In this document: piece by piece, positions 57,705-64,000 of the stretch
How positions within the stretch are numbered: the stretch's first letter is position 1
Layout: every line of letters starts with the position of its first letter
IMG/VR virus record: IMGVR_UViG_3300013233_000093
Coordinates: 1-64,000 of that record
Direction: 5' to 3' (one strand)
DNA: 64,000 nt
Program-made: the position numbers and the translations under genes
Notes under the pieces: generated by a model
Told to the model about the DNA's origin: nothing
Database searches by the model: none
What the model saw: only the letters and a program-made list of their open reading frames with translations

Positions 57705-58447
57705 TATCTGGAAATCCGTAATCCGGTTAGAGCGTAATGCTGATCTTTATTAGCCATGATGGTGATCTTTCTCCATCGTTTTAAATGAGTCGTCCGTAGC
57801 AACTCAAAGGAGTCTGAGTAAGAATCTATAATCTCCCGCTTTTTGCCAGAACTCGCCCCGCCGTTCATGTACATGTACGTACTGTTTAGACTGAGTTCTT
57901 TATGAATAAACCCTTTCTCCGCTAACACGGCCATATCACCATAAAGTAACTTAGTGGAGTTTGCCATATTACGCATCTCGGCGTCATTCTCCATGCGACA
58001 TCTTAACCCGATGTGGATATAAGGTATACGCTTTGGACTGGCAATGGTGTTCGGTACCGGCATATACACTGCAGTAGAGCCTTGGTAGTTAGGACTGCCG
58101 CTGACCATACCACCTGTGTTTCCACCGTACTCAGAGGAGTAACCATACTCCAGTGTAAAGACTTCGGTAATGTCTCTGCCCTGTCTAATACGAGGTGGTA
58201 TGAAGATAGCAGTCCCCGTTTGAAACTCTCGTCTAGGTAGTCCTGTAATGTCCAGCGTTTCCACATCGCCAGAAGCGATGTTTAAATCCGGTGTAAGGAT
58301 GCCGTTAATCGTATCTCGGATAATACGACTTTCCAGACTGCTGTAGTCAAACCCTGTGCCTTCAGATGCAGTATGTGCATCCGCTAACAGTTCCTTTGGT
58401 ATCTCTTGATAAATTCGATTAAGTGCATAGTCAATATGAGTGCCCAT
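57704..58447 (-). CDS. Conserved phiKZ-family protein usually found near phuZ
   Basis: IDYALNRIYQEIPKELL...SLESRI...DLNIASG, LRCRMEND, REIIDSYSD. Confidence 0.65.
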   Translation of the reverse strand: MGTHIDYALNRIYQEIPKELLADAHTASEGTGFDYSSLESRIIRDTINGILTPDLNIASGDVETLDITGLPRREFQTGTAIFIPPRIRQGRDITEVFTLEYGYSSEYGGNTGGMVSGSPNYQGSTAVYMPVPNTIASPKRIPYIHIGLRCRMENDAEMRNMANSTKLLYGDMAVLAEKGFIHKELSLNSTYMYMNGGASSGKKREIIDSYSDSFELLRTTHLKRWRKITIMANKDQHYALTGLRISR

Positions 58448-58497
58448 AATACATACCCCATTGTAAATTCATATGATCGTCCTGTGTCCGTTAGATT

Positions 58498-58540
58498 TTC
58501 AAAACTATATCACTATTATGATGGACAACGTGTTGTTGTC
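58498..58540 (+). promoter_or_regulatory. Early promoter + stem-loop cassette
   Basis: Consensus followed by GACAAC/GTTGTC hairpin. Confidence 0.85.
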
Positions 58541-58563
58541 TTTTAACTATAGGTTTATGTGAT

Positions 58564-59250
58564 ATGAACGAAGTTAGTAGTGTAGCAGAAGCTTTGGTAT
58601 TAATAAGGATGGATGAATGTAAGTTAAGTTCGATCCCTGTAGATTATCGTACACACACCGTCTGTCTCGCCGCGGTTACGAAAGATGCGTCTTGCCTCGC
58701 CAGCGTCCCAGAAGAGGTCATGTGCAAGTCCATTATAATGGCAAGTGGTGCGTGGACGCGTGCCGTAAACGGCACAACGGAGCTTATTTTAACAGTAAGC
58801 AGCGATGACATATCCAGGAATGTCTTACAGGCAATGTGTGAAGTTATGGAAGCGGTCGTTATTTTAAGCCAATGCGCACCCGGCGACCCAGCTGCGCCGG
58901 GACCACGCACCGTATTTCCACTAGAAAATAAACCATTAGATGATTTGTTGAACGCAGCAGATAATGATTTTCTAGACGATACGCAGGCAGGCAGTGAACT
59001 GGATGAATTGTTTGACTGCAGCGGTGACACCACCGCAATGTTATTTCCAAAGCTCACACCGTCCAAGATCCGCTGCATGAGTTTCTATGGTGACATAAAC
59101 AAGCCGTCAAACACAGCATTGCCCGTCAACGCAGATGCAAGCCGTGCGGTAAATGCAATACTTGATTCGGTTAGTACGATAAAGCATATCAGTGACACCG
59201 TGCGACTTAGCGATGCAACGCTGGATCGTATATCCAAGATGCTTAAGTAG
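58564..59250 (+). CDS. Protein with N-terminal DUF4116-like repeats
   Basis: LSSIPVDYRTHTVCLAAV...LASVPEE. Confidence 0.65.
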   Translation: MNEVSSVAEALVLIRMDECKLSSIPVDYRTHTVCLAAVTKDASCLASVPEEVMCKSIIMASGAWTRAVNGTTELILTVSSDDISRNVLQAMCEVMEAVVILSQCAPGDPAAPGPRTVFPLENKPLDDLLNAADNDFLDDTQAGSELDELFDCSGDTTAMLFPKLTPSKIRCMSFYGDINKPSNTALPVNADASRAVNAILDSVSTIKHISDTVRLSDATLDRISKMLK

Positions 59251-59266
59251 TCATAACTAATATAGC

Positions 59267-59306
59267 GTGTAGTGACGTCAGTCACTGCATGTTATTTTTT
59301 ATTTTT
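59267..59306 (+). terminator. Rho-independent terminator
   Basis: GTGTAGTGAC-GTCA-GTCACTGCAT with T-tract. Confidence 0.7.
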
Positions 59307-59314
59307 CACCGTTT

Positions 59315-59360
59315 ATTCAAAACTATATCACTATTATGATGGACAACGTGTTGTCATCAT
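59315..59360 (+). promoter_or_regulatory. Early promoter + stem-loop upstream of phuZ
   Basis: Consensus followed by ATGATGGACAAC-gt-GTTGTCATCAT. Confidence 0.85.
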
Positions 59361-59444
59361 ACACAAGGCGGTAACGCCTATAATTTAACCATTTACAGTA
59401 TGGGATGTGAACAATCACACCTACAGTAAACAAAGGAAATAAAT

Positions 59445-60494
59445 ATGAGCAAGAAACAAAATCTGGCATCCGTGTACTTCTTTGGCGGCACTGGTACTAA
59501 CCTGGCAATCTCTTCAAACGTCCCCACGTTTGAAGAATCCGACGGTGCATTTGCCAACTTCAACAAGGTGATTGTGGACACCTCCCGTGCCAACATCCAA
59601 GGGCATGAGGAAGAGTTGGAGCAACGAGGCGTAGCGGTTCACGTTATTCCTGGTCTGGACGGATGTGGTAAAAGTCATAAGACTGCTGCGCAGCACACTG
59701 CCCCGCACATCAAGGGTATCTTGAATGATTACAAGCCAAGTGAGGTTAACATCTTAGTGGCGAGTGCAGCAGGCGCGTCTGGACCAGTGCTACTGCGACA
59801 GGTCGTGGGTGAAATCGCAAGTCGTGGTAAAGCTCTGGCCGTTATCCTGGTAGCCAACGTCACCAGTTCACTGGAAGCGGCAAACACAATGTCCACGATT
59901 CAAGGCATTCAACGCACCGCAGAGAAGTACGGCTGCACCATTCCCATCAGCTATTGGCAGAACGCAGCGGCAGCTGATGCAGATAAACCATGGCTGGGTA
60001 CTTTCACCTCAAACAACACCAACATCGACAAGGCATTACGGGCGATGGCGGTGTTTACTTCAGGCACAGTTGCCCATATGGATAGCGAGGATGTTATCAA
60101 CACCTTGGATATCCGTCGGACTAATAAGCGCATTACCGCTCAGGCAGTGGAGCTTATCATCCGACCCTCTAAAGACGAGGCGTTGGACGCGTATATTGGT
60201 AAAACACTTACCTCTGCATCATGCATGCGGAACGTGGATGACCTGCAACCTGCGCTGCGCGCACTGTACGAGTCCGTGGGTTACTATGCTAAAGGTATTC
60301 ACTTCAACTCAGACGAAGCGGATGAGGGCATGCCTGACTTAACCATGATTACCACGCCAGCTAACCTGCCTGTGATCATGGCGGATTTGGAAGAGGAGCG
60401 CAAGATCTTCAAGGGCATCGAGGAATCGCTATCCGGCAATGGAGCGATTACCACTTCTCTGGATGATGACGATGACGATCTCGGCATCGATTAA
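59445..60494 (+). CDS. phuZ: Tubulin-like spindle protein PhuZ
   Basis: FGGTGTNL, VDTSRAN, LDGCGK, SAAGASG, HMDSED, acidic C-terminal tail DDDDDDLGID. Confidence 0.9.
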   Translation: MSKKQNLASVYFFGGTGTNLAISSNVPTFEESDGAFANFNKVIVDTSRANIQGHEEELEQRGVAVHVIPGLDGCGKSHKTAAQHTAPHIKGILNDYKPSEVNILVASAAGASGPVLLRQVVGEIASRGKALAVILVANVTSSLEAANTMSTIQGIQRTAEKYGCTIPISYWQNAAAADADKPWLGTFTSNNTNIDKALRAMAVFTSGTVAHMDSEDVINTLDIRRTNKRITAQAVELIIRPSKDEALDAYIGKTLTSASCMRNVDDLQPALRALYESVGYYAKGIHFNSDEADEGMPDLTMITTPANLPVIMADLEEERKIFKGIEESLSGNGAITTSLDDDDDDLGID

Positions 60495-60505
60495 CCGTTA
60501 ACACG

Positions 60506-60533
60506 AGAGCACGGATTCACCGTGCTCTTTTTT
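60506..60533 (+). terminator. Rho-independent terminator
   Basis: AGAGCACGG-ATTCA-CCGTGCTCT followed by T run. Confidence 0.8.
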
Positions 60534-60549
60534 CTTAGGTAAAAATAAA

Positions 60550-60987
60550 ATGAACTATTTTGTTGTAGCGGGTATCGGAGGTGAGAGAAGCCTATCCATC
60601 CTTACAAGACTGTACGCTTTGCTATTAGGCAATAACCCAAATAGCTTGACGTGTATGTCCGAGGTATCTTGGTATTTTGGTTACTACCTATCTCATATTT
60701 TTTCAGAACACACCGGAATTATTAATGTCAAACCGTGCACACTGATTGATACGGATCTGCTACAAGCCATTGTAGATGAGTTGGCTTCAGACAGAGCAAT
60801 TTGCTTAGACATTATGATCGCGGCAACATCGCTGTATAACCATGAGGGATTCGCTGGAGTGGACGTAGGGCATAGAAGTAACGCAAGTCTTCTCATAGGA
60901 CTGATAAACGATTTAACCGGCTACACGGGACTGCCTGGCGGTGACGTAATACCACACACAGTGAAACAGTTGGCAGGGATAAACTAA
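60550..60987 (+). CDS. Hypothetical protein
   Basis: First of coupled run after phuZ. Confidence 0.6.
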   Translation: MNYFVVAGIGGERSLSILTRLYALLLGNNPNSLTCMSEVSWYFGYYLSHIFSEHTGIINVKPCTLIDTDLLQAIVDELASDRAICLDIMIAATSLYNHEGFAGVDVGHRSNASLLIGLINDLTGYTGLPGGDVIPHTVKQLAGIN

Positions 60988-61607
60988 TGGGCAAGATACT
61001 GAAGTCAGTCACAATCACACGTGTGCCGTTCGCCACTATGATAGAAGAGTTCTTAGTGGGTGTGGATAAGTTCGTTCACCCGATATGCGATCCGCATAGA
61101 CTGGCCACCAGCCTAGTGAACTGCATGTTGGAAAAACACATTACTCGCAAGCTAAGTGCGTTTGGCATCAATGCAACAAGTCCGCTTGACTTTTTAGTCG
61201 CCTATCTAATCGTAGGAGAACATGTCAGTAACGGCGCGCCAATGCCAAATAACCATCATGGTGATTTTTGCCTGGAGTTATTAGACAGCAACGGCATGCA
61301 TTTGCCGGGTGGTCGAAGACGTCTAGACAAAGAAACATTAGACGTGATGAGATTGTGGGATTGGGACTTAGATGCATCTGACAACCTTGACCAGATAGAA
61401 GACCAGGCAGCTGCGATCTTATCCAGCAACGAGGTCGATGCATTTGCAATGTACCTCGATGAGCTTGTGCCTGTAAAAGGTTTTGATTATTGGGACAGTT
61501 ACTACGACGTAGGCAGAACTGTGCTGTCGTATTACGGCGATTACCGCCTACACAAATTTGACGAGATCTTTCTCGGTAAAGACGGGAAATACATACTAGG
61601 AGAATGA
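60987..61607 (+). CDS. Conserved phiKZ-family protein downstream of phuZ
   Basis: C-terminal YGDYRL motif; TAATG coupling. Confidence 0.65.
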   Translation: MGKILKSVTITRVPFATMIEEFLVGVDKFVHPICDPHRLATSLVNCMLEKHITRKLSAFGINATSPLDFLVAYLIVGEHVSNGAPMPNNHHGDFCLELLDSNGMHLPGGRRRLDKETLDVMRLWDWDLDASDNLDQIEDQAAAILSSNEVDAFAMYLDELVPVKGFDYWDSYYDVGRTVLSYYGDYRLHKFDEIFLGKDGKYILGE

Positions 61608-61611
61608 TGAA

Positions 61612-62052
61612 ATGCAGAAATACGCAGGATGTAGATTTGACACGGGAGGGTTTTTACAACGGTTGCAACAACTGCTGGAGCAGACCGGAAGGCGTAACTC
61701 TTACATGCCGTTAGATGAGGCGATACACCACACTATCGACCAGGTTACCGACCCGGAAGGCGGTTATGTAGACTCTACGTATGACCCATACGACCAGCTA
61801 TTTGTTTCATACGACGTACCAGAGCAACACCATCATTCCATAAAGGCGGCGATGGCGGATCTGATATCGGGTAGGATAAACGCGGTCAGATATCAGTATC
61901 CACAGGGCGCCGCAGGTGCACGACTATCCATACTTTGGCATGGCGAGGGGACGTTTGACGTTGTCCCGGTAGACGATGGAACACTGGATGACGATTATCC
62001 AAATGAGGAACAATCGTTTGATTCTGGTTATGACCCGGACTATGAACTGTGA
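61612..62052 (+). CDS. Hypothetical protein with acidic C-terminus
   Basis: AGGAG RBS. Confidence 0.65.
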   Translation: MQKYAGCRFDTGGFLQRLQQLLEQTGRRNSYMPLDEAIHHTIDQVTDPEGGYVDSTYDPYDQLFVSYDVPEQHHHSIKAAMADLISGRINAVRYQYPQGAAGARLSILWHGEGTFDVVPVDDGTLDDDYPNEEQSFDSGYDPDYEL

Positions 62053-62432
62053 TCCCGCACGGATGGAGCAATCTATCCGGCATTGTCTTATCGGAGAGTT
62101 CGGTATGGCATTTACAGGACATACTAGACGACAGTGAGTACGCACCGTTTGCAGAGTGGTTGTATCATGGGTTGTTCTCAGGGCTAGTGGGGTCAAGTGT
62201 GGACGAGATGTATACGTACACCGCAGTAAACACACAGCCCGAAGAACTGGCAGAAATAATGGAGGACGAGAACATCTTATCGGTGATCTCTACCATCTCC
62301 ACTAGGTTTGTCGCGTCTAGATCATTGCCGTGGACCACCACGGAGTTTGCACTTTATGGCCAGGTCACTGTACGCCTGCCAGGCAGCTTACTGCTAGAGT
62401 GCGAATTACAACAAGCACACACGAGGTTTTAG
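62049..62432 (+). CDS. Hypothetical protein
   Basis: GTGA overlap. Confidence 0.6.
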   Translation: MIPHGWSNLSGIVLSESSVWHLQDILDDSEYAPFAEWLYHGLFSGLVGSSVDEMYTYTAVNTQPEELAEIMEDENILSVISTISTRFVASRSLPWTTTEFALYGQVTVRLPGSLLLECELQQAHTRF

Positions 62433-62434
62433 TC

Positions 62435-62911
62435 ATGATGCCACCGGCTGGTGTTGTAGTAGAGCACAGGGGTGTACGAGAGGCCGTGACGTACATAAAC
62501 AGCGTTATCTCACATGTCTCTAATGACTTTGAGGTGGACGAAGATGGAAACCGTACAGAGACCGTATGGACGTACAGCGGAGAAAGCTTACTGGTGGATA
62601 TGTATAACCAGTTTATCGATCTACGTAGAATACCGCAAGTAGAAGAACTTGCTGATTTCATATACAGTAAGTCAGCATTACTACAGTCTCTTGAGCACCA
62701 TGAAAGGATTGTAAGCAACACGGGCATGACTGTTCCTATGCTACCAGAGTCGAATCAATACGATGCGATCTTCTGGTTCTCGCAGTTCTTTCTAAACACC
62801 TTTAACCCACGCATGCCTATCCTGGATGTATTCAGAAGACATGGCTTACGCTTAACAGATGTATTACTGCATGGCAATCATTCTATTGCATGCAGTCTAA
62901 AGAGGATATGA
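62435..62911 (+). CDS. Hypothetical protein
   Basis: GAGG RBS before ATG 62435. Confidence 0.65.
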   Translation: MMPPAGVVVEHRGVREAVTYINSVISHVSNDFEVDEDGNRTETVWTYSGESLLVDMYNQFIDLRRIPQVEELADFIYSKSALLQSLEHHERIVSNTGMTVPMLPESNQYDAIFWFSQFFLNTFNPRMPILDVFRRHGLRLTDVLLHGNHSIACSLKRI

Positions 62912-62915
62912 TAAA

Positions 62916-63335
62916 ATGAGCACGAAAGATTTAGTACCCGGCGATACAGTAAACTTCGTAACCTATGCACCCATCGGCGGTAGAACGTCTATAAGTGGCA
63001 TTGTCCAAGGCGTTACGCTACCGGGTGGATTGCCACCTAATAACACAGCAGCAGCGGATCACGTTAATGTGTACCGTGAGTTACCTGAAGTAGTGACGTC
63101 TGTCACACGCGATGCGTTTGATTCGTACAGCTATCTGGTCGTGGCCACATCTGCGGGAGAGATCTTGCATATTGGCTTACCATGGATAGTGGAGGCGACC
63201 TTGCAGGTTAATGTGCAACGGACTGCCACCATCACAATACAGCCGCTGTTGGAACACACCGAAGAGGATCTTAGAAAGATCCTTACTTTAAACGGCATTA
63301 CTGAAGGCGTGCATATCGCCATTCAAGAAGGATGA
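62916..63335 (+). CDS. Conserved phiKZ-family core protein (gp49-like)
   Basis: GDTVNF, HVNVYRELP, SYSYLVV...IGLPWI; GAGGA RBS. Confidence 0.65.
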   Translation: MSTKDLVPGDTVNFVTYAPIGGRTSISGIVQGVTLPGGLPPNNTAAADHVNVYRELPEVVTSVTRDAFDSYSYLVVATSAGEILHIGLPWIVEATLQVNVQRTATITIQPLLEHTEEDLRKILTLNGITEGVHIAIQEG

Positions 63336-63339
63336 TGAA

Positions 63340-64000
63340 ATGAGAAAGTTACGTTTTGAAGAGACCCGTCATCGGGAGATCGGCGCATACATGCCATACA
63401 CTGATGCAATCATCGTGTTTGGTCGCATCGGATGTACCCTGAAACTCACCGAGGATTTAGAATACGGTGAAAGTGAACTGACCATCATATCAGAGCACGG
63501 CTTAGCGTCTACCAGACGATTCAACCCAGAACGTTGTCCAGAGGGTTATGTACCATCGTCTAACTTCACGGATGATGGCAAGTTTATGTTATCGTTCTCA
63601 GACAGCGGTAATTCCATAAGCCTACATCGTGTAAAGGTATCACAACCAGAGACATTGCATTTTAGCGAGTGTCTGGCCAGATACTACATTAAGGATATGG
63701 GAGATCCATTGACTTGGGATATGTGCGAAGACTTCGCTAATATCGTATACGACGCAATCCATCGTAACACACAGGCATCGGATGTCGTGGATATGTTTTC
63801 CGTGCCAGTAGACAAGCGTCGTAACGTAGATGCTTATCGCATAGACTGTCGGGTAAACAATCGCACAGAACGCGTGCAGCATGTGTTGTTCTATGATAAC
63901 AAGTTTATCTGGAGCACCGATGCAAACAGCGAGATAACTCGTCGCTATGCCATCCATGATAACACTGTGGTTTCTACGATCATTCCGCCAGTGGGTAATC
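63340..64000 (+). CDS. Hypothetical protein (partial, runs off right end)
   Basis: AAGGA RBS, MRKLRFEETRH..., open to window end. Confidence 0.65.
   Translation, partial: MRKLRFEETRHREIGAYMPYTDAIIVFGRIGCTLKLTEDLEYGESELTIISEHGLASTRRFNPERCPEGYVPSSNFTDDGKFMLSFSDSGNSISLHRVKVSQPETLHFSECLARYYIKDMGDPLTWDMCEDFANIVYDAIHRNTQASDVVDMFSVPVDKRRNVDAYRIDCRVNNRTERVQHVLFYDNKFIWSTDANSEITRRYAIHDNTVVSTIIPPVGN

Noticed and set aside
19634-59360. Repeated motif as a CRISPR array or attC sites
   Set aside because: Copies are kilobases apart, sit upstream of RBSs and match an early promoter; no cas or integrase gene in the window
1-64000. tRNA or rRNA genes
   Set aside because: No cloverleaf or T-loop signature seen by eye in intergenic gaps; tRNAscan-SE not run

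Overview
64 kb of a phiKZ-like jumbo phage (Chimalliviridae-type, probably nucleus-forming). It carries recognisable core modules: a >2330-aa gp181-like tail tape-measure protein (minus strand, running off the left end and missing from the ORF track); virion RNA polymerase beta' and beta subunits; prohead protease; SbcC/Rad50-like ATPase; tail tube and sheath; baseplate-region genes; large terminase; head proteins; intein-containing NrdB and NrdA; thyA-dfr; and the tubulin PhuZ. Between these lie accessory blocks of small hypothetical genes driven by about 11 near-identical early promoter + stem-loop cassettes (core CTATATCACTATTATG). Best leads: (1) a translationally coupled pair of proteasome/HslV-fold genes, one with the catalytic Thr and one apparently dead; (2) a prohead protease whose apparent cleavage sites read G-x-Q rather than the canonical x-x-E; (3) the promoter-stem-loop cassettes, with compensatory base changes; (4) a ParB-like insertion in vRNAP beta; (5) a ~470-nt highly structured non-coding region followed by strongly G-skewed genes. 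phiKZ gp numbers come from remembered motifs and synteny, not from a database search.
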